A stretch of 64,000 nt of DNA from Candidatus Pacearchaeota archaeon (GTDB lineage: Archaea > Nanobdellota > Nanobdellia > Pacearchaeales > GW2011-AR1): NCBI GenBank assembly GCA_016866995.1, contig VGKQ01000002.1, positions 221-64,220 on the forward strand, written 5' to 3'. Below, piece by piece: positions 27,071 to 35,342 of this stretch. The notes below the pieces were generated by a model. The model had not been told where the DNA came from and ran no database searches. It saw nothing but the letters and a program-made list of their open reading frames with translations. The first letter of the stretch is position 1. Each line of letters opens with the position of its first letter. The position numbers were made by a program, and so were the translations under genes.

Positions 27071-27309
27071 AAAAAGGAATTGAAAGCCTGAAAAAAGAGA
27101 TTGAAGAGCATCTTGATAAAATTGAAAAAGACATTCTTGAAAAAAATATTGACAGAGGGAGATATCACATAAAAGAAGTTGATAAAAGCCTGCTAAAAGC
27201 ACTGGAACTCAAAATTAAGATTCTTGGAATTGAAAATGATAATTCTGTCTCAGTTTACAGGGAAAGATTAGAAAAATTAAGAAAGAGTCTTGGATTAAGT
27301 GAGTTTTGA
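27046..27309 (+). CDS. helical/coiled-coil small protein overlapping the MNT gene end
   Basis: 87 aa, K/E-rich, 25-nt overlap. Confidence 0.45.
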   Translation: MAKRAKRIEKGIESLKKEIEEHLDKIEKDILEKNIDRGRYHIKEVDKSLLKALELKIKILGIENDNSVSVYRERLEKLRKSLGLSEF

Positions 27310-27321
27310 TAAATCCTCAAA

Positions 27322-27349
27322 GCTCGCCCTCCTCTAAGTCGGGCTCGTT
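27322..27349 (-). repeat. GC-rich boundary motif (inverted orientation)
   Basis: gctcgccctcctctaagtcgggctcgtt. Confidence 0.75.
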
Positions 27350-27414
27350 GCTAATGATAAAGCTGAGGAGAAAATAAAATCATATACAGAGCTCAGTCGC
27401 CACCCCAATGCTCT

Positions 27415-28056
27415 TTATTCATATTCATAGTCAGATATCCCCCGAACTCGTATCTGACTATCATGCAGACCAGGGTAATCACCAATAAGCCCGGCCCTGC
27501 ATCCATGATGGCAAAGACAGCCAAATGCTACTTGCCTCACAAATGGTTTTTTTTGCATATCTGAAAGCCAGGTAGGCATTTCAGTTATTCCCGCTTCTTT
27601 CAAAAAGTTTCCGTAAGCTTCTGCTTGTTTTCCAAAAGCATATATTGTTATCGGGTTGTCTGCAAAGCTGTATGTAGGAATTGGGTTTCCTAAAAGCCTG
27701 ACACAATCAGATAACGATTCTTCAACTTGTTCATCACTTAGATAGTATTCTATTTTATTTCTATGGCAGGCAGTTGCTTCTTTGGCATTTTTAATTACTG
27801 GAGATTTTTTAGTTAAGAATATTCCTTTGTCTGGAACATATAGGACTCCTTCTCTTACCCAATTTCCATTTCTAGAAATCCCTGCATTTGTTCCTTCATG
27901 AAGTCTGAACATTGCATTTTCTTCTAGAGAAATAATTTTGTATTCCTCTCTCCTTAAAATTTCTTTACCCTCATCAAATGGTGCGGTTACATAAGCAGAA
28001 AGAATACAATAGGAAATATGAAAAATTCTTGCATCAAGAATTGATCGCTCAGTCAT
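27415..28056 (-). CDS. hypothetical 213-aa protein, coupled to the Nudix gene
   Basis: 4-nt overlap with 28053..28466. No motif recognised. Confidence 0.6.
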   Translation of the reverse strand: MTERSILDARIFHISYCILSAYVTAPFDEGKEILRREEYKIISLEENAMFRLHEGTNAGISRNGNWVREGVLYVPDKGIFLTKKSPVIKNAKEATACHRNKIEYYLSDEQVEESLSDCVRLLGNPIPTYSFADNPITIYAFGKQAEAYGNFLKEAGITEMPTWLSDMQKKPFVRQVAFGCLCHHGCRAGLIGDYPGLHDSQIRVRGISDYEYE

Positions 28057-28466
28057 TTTAAAAGCCCTCTTTCTATAAGCGAAGGAATTATTCTTTCTTT
28101 AAGGAGAGGTGCAAGAGGGATTTTGTATTTTTTATAATCTTCACAACTGATCCAATAATATTTGTCTACAGAATCATACTGATTTAATTTAGGGTTTCCT
28201 TTTAGCTCAACAATATAACACCGCAAGCTTAAACCCCTTGAATCATTTACTAATCCCAAAAAAGTTGCAAAATACTTAGGATTTCTGATGCTGCATCCTA
28301 TCTCCTCTCGGACTTCCCTTTGCAAACACCTTATGGGTGTCTCGCCAGGCTCTATTTTTCCACCAAGGGTGATATAATCCTCTAAACCTCTTTTGTGCAC
28401 AACTAAAAGTTTGTTGTGTCTTATACATAATGCACCTGCTTTCTTTATTCTATTTTTGGTTCTCAT
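28053..28466 (-). CDS. Nudix hydrolase
   Basis: Nudix box GGKIEPGETPIRCLQREVREEIG. Confidence 0.85.
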   Translation of the reverse strand: MRTKNRIKKAGALCIRHNKLLVVHKRGLEDYITLGGKIEPGETPIRCLQREVREEIGCSIRNPKYFATFLGLVNDSRGLSLRCYIVELKGNPKLNQYDSVDKYYWISCEDYKKYKIPLAPLLKERIIPSLIERGLLK

Positions 28467-28561
28467 ATTAAACTGTATGATTCAGAAGATTTTAATTATC
28501 TCTACCCCAAAAAAGGGTAGTTAATAGAAAGATTAATAAGTCTGATCAATCTATTAAAAAT

Positions 28562-29275
28562 ATGATAGAAGAAACCCTCCAAGAGGTTGGATTAAACAGA
28601 AGAGAAAGCATTTGTTACATTGCATTATTAGAGCTTGGTTCTTCAAAGGTTGGCAATATTTTGAAGAAGACAGGAATTCCCTCTTCAAAGATATATGAGA
28701 TACTTGACAAGCTAATAAAAAGAGGTTTAGTTTCGCATATAATAAAAAGAAATGTTAAATATTACCAGGCTTCTAACCCTAAAGTATTAATTAGCTATAT
28801 TGAAGAGAAAAAGAAGAAAGTTGAAGAAATAGTCCCAGAATTAATCTTAAAACAAAAACTCTCAAAAAAACAAAGCGCCGAACTGTATGAAGGCCAAAAA
28901 GCAATATTCTCTTTGCTTACAAATCTTATAAAAGATGCAAGACCAAAGGAGCTGTACCTTGTATTTTCGATTAATGAAGAAAATAAAAATGAACAGGCAA
29001 ATTTATTTTTTAGAAATATTACTTTAAGAAGAAAAGAAAAAAGATTAGATGTGAGGCTGTTAAGGAATATTAAGTATTATAAAAAAGAAAAACACACCAA
29101 GACAAAAGTTAGGCATACTAATTTTTCTTTACCTCAAGGGATAACTATATTTAGGAATTATATCATTCTTCTTACCTGGACTGATTATCCAATAGCAATT
29201 AAGATAGAAAGCGATATTGTTTCTAACCAAATGAGGGACTTTTTCTTGGATTTGTGGAAAATCGCGAGGAGATAA
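28562..29275 (+). CDS. TrmB-family transcriptional regulator
   Basis: LQEVGLNRRESICYIALLELGSSKVGNILKKTGIPSSKIYEILDKLIKRGLV. Confidence 0.7.
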   Translation: MIEETLQEVGLNRRESICYIALLELGSSKVGNILKKTGIPSSKIYEILDKLIKRGLVSHIIKRNVKYYQASNPKVLISYIEEKKKKVEEIVPELILKQKLSKKQSAELYEGQKAIFSLLTNLIKDARPKELYLVFSINEENKNEQANLFFRNITLRRKEKRLDVRLLRNIKYYKKEKHTKTKVRHTNFSLPQGITIFRNYIILLTWTDYPIAIKIESDIVSNQMRDFFLDLWKIARR

Positions 29276-29324
29276 ATCCCAAAGCCCACACCTCAAACTC
29301 AGGCAGAAACATTTAAATACTTAT

Positions 29325-29357
29325 ATTAATATCAAATTAATATCAAATTAATATGAA
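29325..29357 (+). promoter_or_regulatory. 11-bp tandem repeat ATTAATATCAA ×3 upstream of the antitoxin gene (operator-like)
   Basis: attaatatcaa attaatatcaa attaatatgaa, ending 9 nt before the ATG at 29367. Confidence 0.5.
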
Positions 29358-29366
29358 ATAATAAAA

Positions 29367-29594
29367 ATGGTAAAGGCAATTGTTGATATAAATGATGAAG
29401 CAAATAGGGTGATTAATATAGTAAAAGCAAAAGAAGATTTAAAAGACAAAAGCGATGCACTTAATCTTATACTTACTATTTACGGCAGGGAAATTCTTGA
29501 GCCAGAACTAAGGCCAGAATTCATCAAAGAACTTCTGGCAGCCCAGAAAGAGAAAACTATAAAAGTTAAAGACTTTTCTTCAAGATACAAATAA
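29367..29594 (+). CDS. putative antitoxin
   Basis: 75 aa, located 9 nt upstream of the RelE-like gene. Confidence 0.55.
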   Translation: MVKAIVDINDEANRVINIVKAKEDLKDKSDALNLILTIYGREILEPELRPEFIKELLAAQKEKTIKVKDFSSRYK

Positions 29595-29603
29595 AGAGGT
29601 AAA

Positions 29604-29873
29604 ATGTACTATCTTGAATTAAGAGAATCAGTTGATGCAGTATTTGCAAGACTTGCAAAAAAAGACAAGGTTTCTTTTGAATATATTAACAAGAAAATAA
29701 AGGAGATACAAGAAAATCCGTATCATTTCAAGCCGCTAAGAAAACCGCTTCAAAATTTCAGAAGAGTTCACATAGGAAATTTTGTCCTTGTTTATTCAAT
29801 TAACGAATCTGCAAAAACAATAATAATTGAGAGATATAAGCATCATGATGAAGTTTACAAAGCGCCGAGATAA
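29604..29873 (+). CDS. RelE/ParE-family toxin
   Basis: NPYHFKPLRKPLQNFRRVHIGNFVLVYSINESAKTIIIERYKHHDEVY. Confidence 0.7.
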   Translation: MYYLELRESVDAVFARLAKKDKVSFEYINKKIKEIQENPYHFKPLRKPLQNFRRVHIGNFVLVYSINESAKTIIIERYKHHDEVYKAPR

Positions 29874-29944
29874 AGCTGAAATCTCTTCTGAGGGGCTTGC
29901 TTTCTAGGGATAGATTTATAAACTAAAGTTTATATATATTAACT

Positions 29945-30493
29945 ATGGTAAACATATATGAACAAAAGTTAACAAACCTCCAGCAGGGAATTTTAAGATT
30001 GCTTTTTGTAAAATCCGGAAAAACTCTTAATGCGCTGAATATTGCAAAGAATCTTGGAGTTTCCCAGCCGGCTGTGTCAAAATCTCTTCATTTTCTTGAG
30101 AAAGAAGAGATGATAAATGTAAAAAAGGACAAAGAGTCTGGAAGATATTCCGTCAGCTTGAATTCTGAAAATCATAATATAATTCAGCTGAAGAGAGCAG
30201 ATAATTTAAAGATGATTTATGAATCTGGCTTGGCAGATTTTCTTGAAGAAAAGTTTGCAGGAGCTGCAATAATACTGTTTGGCTCGTATTCTAAAGGAGA
30301 AGATACTATAAACTCTGATATAGATATAGCAATTATTGGAAGAAAGGAAAAAGAAGCAGATATGGAAAGATTTGAGAAATTGCTTGAAAGAAAGATAAAC
30401 CTAAATTTTTATGAATCATTTAAAAAAATACATAAGCACTTAAAAGAGAATATACTCAACGGAATAATACTTGCAGGAGGAGTGGAATTATGA
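29945..30493 (+). CDS. MNT-type nucleotidyltransferase with N-terminal wHTH
   Basis: LFGSYSKGEDTINSDIDIAIIG. Confidence 0.8.
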   Translation: MVNIYEQKLTNLQQGILRLLFVKSGKTLNALNIAKNLGVSQPAVSKSLHFLEKEEMINVKKDKESGRYSVSLNSENHNIIQLKRADNLKMIYESGLADFLEEKFAGAAIILFGSYSKGEDTINSDIDIAIIGRKEKEADMERFEKLLERKINLNFYESFKKIHKHLKENILNGIILAGGVEL

Positions 30494-30933
30494 GCGGATT
30501 AAAACCTTTTAGATGGTATGTAGAAACAGGAGTGGCAAAGAAAATTTCTCCAAATATTTCAAGAGCCAAGAATTTGATGCAGGAATCTGAAAGAAAAGAG
30601 AGCTCATTAAGAGAGATACTTAAGAAAGTTGGATTATCTGATTCAAATGCAAATAATATTGTTGAATATTGCTATGATATTATCATGATGATAGTTAGGG
30701 CAAAACTTTATATTATAGGAATTAAATGTTCTGGAACTTCCAGCCATGAAGCAGAAGTTTCTTATCTGCGGGAATTAGGATTTGCAGATGCAGATGTTAG
30801 GTTTGCTGATCAATTAAGATTTTTCAGAAATGGCATTAAATATTATGGCAAAAGAATTGATTCTGAGTATGCAAAGAAAACCCTTGATTTTCTGAAAAAA
30901 GCATATCCTAAATTAAAAGAACTAATTAAATAA
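30490..30933 (+). CDS. HEPN-domain protein (partner of the MNT)
   Basis: 4-nt overlap with the MNT gene. Helical, with a RFFRNGIKYYG region. Confidence 0.7.
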   Translation: MSGLKPFRWYVETGVAKKISPNISRAKNLMQESERKESSLREILKKVGLSDSNANNIVEYCYDIIMMIVRAKLYIIGIKCSGTSSHEAEVSYLRELGFADADVRFADQLRFFRNGIKYYGKRIDSEYAKKTLDFLKKAYPKLKELIK

Positions 30934-31065
30934 GGTTGTTGCTTTTCTTGTTAGAAGCAGGCAAGAAGATAAGTTGAAGAAAGCATAAAGCGATAACTTT
31001 TTATATCTCAGTAAATTAAGTTGAATATGAAGAGAGAAAAGAGGAGAAAGAGGTGAGAGAGAAAG

Positions 31066-31347
31066 ATGAATGACATACTTCTTGCGGGAATTCTTGGTGG
31101 TGTTGGGGGATTAACTCGGGGAGTTGTAGGATTGTTAAAGGCGCTCTCTCTTAAAAGGAGAATTATATGGGGATATTATATTATAACTGTTCTTGTAGCC
31201 ATAATTATAGGCATATTTACAGGAATAATTTTTAATTTTGACACAAGATTAAGTTTGCTGGCAGGTTATGCTGGCACTGATATTCTTGAGGGAATCTATA
31301 AAAGTTTCAAAGTTGAGAAGGTTTATGTTAATCCTAAAGGAAAATGA
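31066..31347 (+). CDS. small membrane protein
   Basis: 93 aa with 3 hydrophobic segments. Confidence 0.5.
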   Translation: MNDILLAGILGGVGGLTRGVVGLLKALSLKRRIIWGYYIITVLVAIIIGIFTGIIFNFDTRLSLLAGYAGTDILEGIYKSFKVEKVYVNPKGK

Positions 31348-31554
31348 AGCTCTTAATTAACTTGATAACACCCATACTCACAATTAATTAATAATAAAAC
31401 ACCAGAAATAAAGAAACAATTAGGTTTAGAAGTAAAATTAATTAATAACACAAAAAACCCCAAACTATTAATTAAAAATCAACATCCCAATTAAGCAAAT
31501 AACCAAAAAATAATCATAAAGGATTAGTTAACATTAATTAAGGAAACAGCAAAA

Positions 31555-31896
31555 ATGACAACACTGGCAGGATTTATCAAGCAGGCAAGAAACAGAGGAT
31601 ATGATGACATCTCAATAAAAAACGCTCTTATTTCAAAAGGCTGGAATTCTGCTTCTGTCGAGAAAGCTTTTCTTAACTTAAATCCAAAATATACAAACAA
31701 AAATCAGGTTTGTGTTTTTCTAAGCAATGAAGTTTTGTCTACACTTGACAAACGCTCGAAAAGAAATATGCTGACTCTATCTGAACAGATTGAGGATATT
31801 CTGAGAAGAAGCTGCACAAGAAAGAAACTAGCTCAAGAGCAGGAAAAACTCGATGATTTTCTTGTTTCGTGTTTTTCCAGGGTAAAAAGAAAATAA
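31555..31896 (+). CDS. hypothetical protein with a possible ribbon-helix-helix segment
   Basis: VCVFLSNEVLSTLDKRSKRNMLTLSEQIEDILRRS. Confidence 0.45.
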   Translation: MTTLAGFIKQARNRGYDDISIKNALISKGWNSASVEKAFLNLNPKYTNKNQVCVFLSNEVLSTLDKRSKRNMLTLSEQIEDILRRSCTRKKLAQEQEKLDDFLVSCFSRVKRK

Positions 31897-31943
31897 AACT
31901 CAATCATAATAATTTTTAAATACAAGAAATACCTGTATAAAAT

Positions 31944-32591
31944 ATGAATAAAATCATGCTTGCTTCGTTTATTATTTTCTTGTTTTCTTTAGCATTTGTT
32001 CTGGCTCTGAATACAAAAACTGATGCAAATTCCAATACAAACACAAACCAAAATCAGAAAATAATTGAGATAGCAAGATTTAGCGTAACAGCTTTCCAGA
32101 ATCAGAAGTATAATCCTAAAAAATCATGGTGGAGTATATCAGGCGGAGATGCTGTTATTGAATTTGTAAATTATACAGTAGGAAATAATGCAGATGAGAA
32201 AAAAACACCAGGGGCATATTATGGGGATGTTTTAGCAAGAAATCTGAACAAATTTCTTTTTTTAAAAGATAAAAACGCGAATTCAGGAAGCTCTATTTCT
32301 TTCACACTCCTGAGTTTAAACAATCAGATGAAGTATAAATGCAAAAGCATGCAGTTATATTATCCTGACAATTCAGATAATCAGGACAAGAAATTATCCT
32401 GGACTTTAATTGGAAAAAGAGATATGAGTAAATTCATTTTTGTGTTTTATTCGCAGGAAGATAATAAAGCGCGGGAATTCAATCTTATAGACTGCTTTCC
32501 AACAAACTACACTCCATCTCAAATGAGTCCTAGCTCTTATGATAATTTAAAAAATCTCACTTCTCTTGTCACACATATAGAAATAGCGTAA
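31944..32591 (+). CDS. secreted/anchored hypothetical protein
   Basis: N-terminal signal/TM MNKIMLASFIIFLFSLAFVLA. Confidence 0.55.
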   Translation: MNKIMLASFIIFLFSLAFVLALNTKTDANSNTNTNQNQKIIEIARFSVTAFQNQKYNPKKSWWSISGGDAVIEFVNYTVGNNADEKKTPGAYYGDVLARNLNKFLFLKDKNANSGSSISFTLLSLNNQMKYKCKSMQLYYPDNSDNQDKKLSWTLIGKRDMSKFIFVFYSQEDNKAREFNLIDCFPTNYTPSQMSPSSYDNLKNLTSLVTHIEIA

Positions 32592-32599
32592 TTATTTTT

Positions 32600-32851
32600 T
32601 TAATTTTTTTGCAGTAACCTTTTTGCCTTCTCAAGCTCTTTTCTTCTTTTTTTTGAAATTCCCTTTCCTCCCCTGTTGATAAAATATTGTATCATTCTTA
32701 TAGCAGAGCCAATTCCTTTCGGGCTCACTTCTTTCTTAGCCATAACTCTTGCTATTGTCTCTGCATCTCTTGTAAATATTCCCTCAGGAGGCGAAGTTGA
32801 GTCAGTTGTTACTTCCTGCACCCATTTTTTCTTCATCTTAATCTCAGGCAA
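32600..32851 (-). CDS. DUF3175-like small basic protein
   Basis: FTRDAETIARVMAKKEVSPKGIGSAIRMIQYFINRGGKGISKKRRKELEKAK. The family name is recalled from memory. Confidence 0.5.
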   Translation of the reverse strand: MPEIKMKKKWVQEVTTDSTSPPEGIFTRDAETIARVMAKKEVSPKGIGSAIRMIQYFINRGGKGISKKRRKELEKAKRLLQKN

Positions 32852-32881
32852 GAATTATATAAATAATTAACTATAATATAA

Positions 32882-33085
32882 TTAAGCTAAAAATTTCAAA
32901 AGCTCATAGACAAGAAAAGCAGGCCAGACTATAGCTTTCAGAATTCCAAGAACACCCATCCAAAATGATGTTGCAGTCTGGATATAATAAATCAAAGCTC
33001 CAATAAATCCCAAGCCATACACTCCTCCGCACCCCCCGCATCTATGCCAGCATTTGCATTTCACTTTTTCTCTGTTTCTTGCCAT
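32882..33085 (-). CDS. small Cys-rich membrane protein
   Basis: CKCWHRCGGCGG followed by 2 TM segments. Confidence 0.5.
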   Translation of the reverse strand: MARNREKVKCKCWHRCGGCGGVYGLGFIGALIYYIQTATSFWMGVLGILKAIVWPAFLVYELLKFLA

Positions 33086-33163
33086 TTTTATATTTATTAA
33101 TTTAGGTTAATAAATCTTCTTATTACAATAAAATTTAAATATCTAAAAAACAATAATACTGAA

Positions 33164-33454
33164 ATGAGAATTTCAATCACAAATCATGTTATTCTTAGAT
33201 ACAGGCAAAGAGCAACTCATGATTCTAGAAGACACGAGAGAAGCAGCAGAGAAATCAAAGAAATTGTTGTAGATGGATTAGTGCGTACAAGAGCTTATGG
33301 AGCTGTTGAGGAATTAGTTGAACAGGGGACATCTCCTTCAGCAAGAGTTACAGCAACTCTTCAGGATGGAGACACAGAATTAGGAAGATATTGTTTTGCT
33401 TTAACAAAAGGAGAAGGAAGAAATCTTGTTGCAGTAACAATGCTTAAAAATTAA
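33164..33454 (+). CDS. hypothetical protein
   Basis: 96-aa ORF, R/E/G-rich. Confidence 0.5.
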   Translation: MRISITNHVILRYRQRATHDSRRHERSSREIKEIVVDGLVRTRAYGAVEELVEQGTSPSARVTATLQDGDTELGRYCFALTKGEGRNLVAVTMLKN

Positions 33455-33476
33455 TTAATAAATTATCTTAACTTCT

Positions 33477-33707
33477 TTATTCTTTTACTTTAAACATAAG
33501 AACATTATATCTTGTTTCATTATATGCAAGATATGCTTCTACTATTGCCCTATAACCCCCATCTTTCATAACTAATCCAATAGCAGTTTCAAAATCCTGC
33601 TCACTTAAATTATCAATTCTAGCAAATTCAACTTTAATCCCATGTCTTCTATTTAATACAGTTTTAGCGTGCTTAACTCTCTCTTCAATTGGAGGCTGTT
33701 TAAGCAT
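33477..33707 (-). CDS. hypothetical protein
   Basis: 76-aa ORF. Confidence 0.5.
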   Translation of the reverse strand: MLKQPPIEERVKHAKTVLNRRHGIKVEFARIDNLSEQDFETAIGLVMKDGGYRAIVEAYLAYNETRYNVLMFKVKE

Positions 33708-33757
33708 AATATATCATATAAAAACTACTATTTATTCTTTATTATTCTTGAATATAA

Positions 33758-34087
33758 TCATCCAGAGCTGTAATTCCACTCAATATCCATGTCTTCAATC
33801 GGAGTTTTTTGTTTTCTTGATATATCAGTGCCAGCGCCCCAGTTATACAAAGATATAATAATCATCACAATTCCAGGAATCTCATAAACCATATCAGAAA
33901 TCTCATTAATTATTCCGAATAGATAAAAAATCAAGAATCCAGCAGTCCACGCAACCCCCAAGCCAAGCAGATATTCTTGTGTTCCATACCAGTCAACAAT
34001 AATCATCAAAAAGCCTGAAACAGCATAAACCAAATATATATAGACTCCAATCAAATCTGAAAAATACAAAACACTCCAGAAAACCAC
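33758..34087 (-). CDS. membrane protein
   Basis: 109 aa with 3-4 TM segments. Confidence 0.5.
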   Translation of the reverse strand: MVFWSVLYFSDLIGVYIYLVYAVSGFLMIIVDWYGTQEYLLGLGVAWTAGFLIFYLFGIINEISDMVYEIPGIVMIIISLYNWGAGTDISRKQKTPIEDMDIEWNYSSG

Positions 34088-34502
34088 CTATATTATTGCA
34101 ACAGTAAGAACATATTTCCTGTTCAAGCTTGTTATAGGGTGTGCTATATCCATAAATCTGCAAGCATAACCAAGTTAATATATTTATCTTTTATTATCCC
34201 CTGGAAAATCCTTTCCAAGCCAATATATTTGTCTTTTTCTATTATCTTTTTTCTAGATAATTTTTACAATCCTGATAAAAATAAAGAAAATTATGCCTAT
34301 TATTGTCCAAATCAACATCCCAATTCTTCCATGTAAAATCCAAAATATAAAAAAATACAGCAAAAATATTGCCAAGCTGAAAAATATAATTTTAACCTGT
34401 ATCCCGTATTCCATTTTTATTATAAAATACTATAATTTTTAAGAATTATTATTCTTGACTAGTATAATCATATTTATAAACTAATTCGCATTAAATTTTT
34501 AA

Positions 34503-35339
34503 ATGGAAAACAAAGAGGCGATTGAAAAATTGAAGATAGAACTCAAATTAAAAGGATTCTCACAGCTTACAATAAAAAATTACACATTTTTTGTTGAAAA
34601 ATTTCTCGCTTCTTCTGGAAAAAAAGTTGAGGAAATGACAGAAGATGATGTCAAGTCATATCTTGCTTCATTATTTGACAGCAAATCAAAATCAACAATT
34701 TCTCTTGCTGCAAGTTCAATAAAATTTTTCTTCTCAATTCTCAACAAGCCGATGAGCAAAATCTCCCTGCCAAAAAAAGACAAGAAGCTTCCTGCTGTTT
34801 TGTCAAGAGAAGAGGTGAAAAAGCTTCTTGATACAGCAGAAACAAACAAATCAAGATTAATGCTCTCTTTATTATATTCCTCAGGATTGAGAGTTTCTGA
34901 ACTTGTAAATTTAAAAAAAGCTGACTTAAATTTACAGGATAAGACAGGCTGGGTAAGAAAGGGAAAAGGAAGCAAGGACAGGATTTTCATGCTCTCAGAA
35001 TCTTTATGCCGCGAGCTGCAGGAATATTGCGAAAAAAACCCAGAAGCAGTTTATTTATTTTCAAAAGCCAAGCCATTAACAACACGAAATATCCAGAAAA
35101 TAATTCAATTAACAACAAAAAAATCCGGAATTGACAAGAAAGTAACTCCTCATACTCTAAGGCATAGTTTTGCAACCCATCTTCTTGAGTCAGGGGTGGA
35201 TATTCGTATAATTCAGGAATTGCTCGGACATTCATCACTAAACACAACACAATTATACACTCACATTTCCCAGGAGCAAATTAAGTCAATAAAGAATCCT
35301 CTTGACACTTTGAACGAAAAGGGAGAAAAAACCACATAA
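34503..35339 (+). CDS. xerA: XerA/XerC/D-type tyrosine recombinase
   Basis: SGLRVSE, HTLRHSFATHLL and LGHSSLNTTQLYTH provide the R..HxxR..H..Y catalytic set. 278 aa, with no integron-type insertion. Confidence 0.85.
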   Translation: MENKEAIEKLKIELKLKGFSQLTIKNYTFFVEKFLASSGKKVEEMTEDDVKSYLASLFDSKSKSTISLAASSIKFFFSILNKPMSKISLPKKDKKLPAVLSREEVKKLLDTAETNKSRLMLSLLYSSGLRVSELVNLKKADLNLQDKTGWVRKGKGSKDRIFMLSESLCRELQEYCEKNPEAVYLFSKAKPLTTRNIQKIIQLTTKKSGIDKKVTPHTLRHSFATHLLESGVDIRIIQELLGHSSLNTTQLYTHISQEQIKSIKNPLDTLNEKGEKTT

Positions 35340-35342
35340 AAA

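Noticed and set aside
34139-34414. Track ORF 34139..34336 (+) and a 53-codon minus-strand TM-like ORF at 34253..34414 upstream of xerA.
   Set aside because: Both are short, overlap each other and are almost pure I/F/L/K. Neither can be distinguished from chance in AT-rich DNA without comparative data.
33739-34471. A shared word, ttattattcttga...tataatcat, at 33739-33761 and 34446-34471, considered as att-like direct repeats next to xerA.
   Set aside because: Only a 13-mer and a 9-mer match, and both are almost pure A/T. Matches of this size are expected by chance in a 64-kb AT-rich window.
7311-34502. Interpretation of the cassette island as a bona fide integron.
   Set aside because: The only recombinase is a 278-aa Xer-type enzyme without the IntI-specific insertion. 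Cassettes are in mixed orientation and carry their own promoters. The GC-rich boundary motif does not show the R''-L''/L'-R' inverted-repeat architecture or GTTRRRY cores of attC sites. I kept only the weaker statement that a recurrent oriented junction motif exists.
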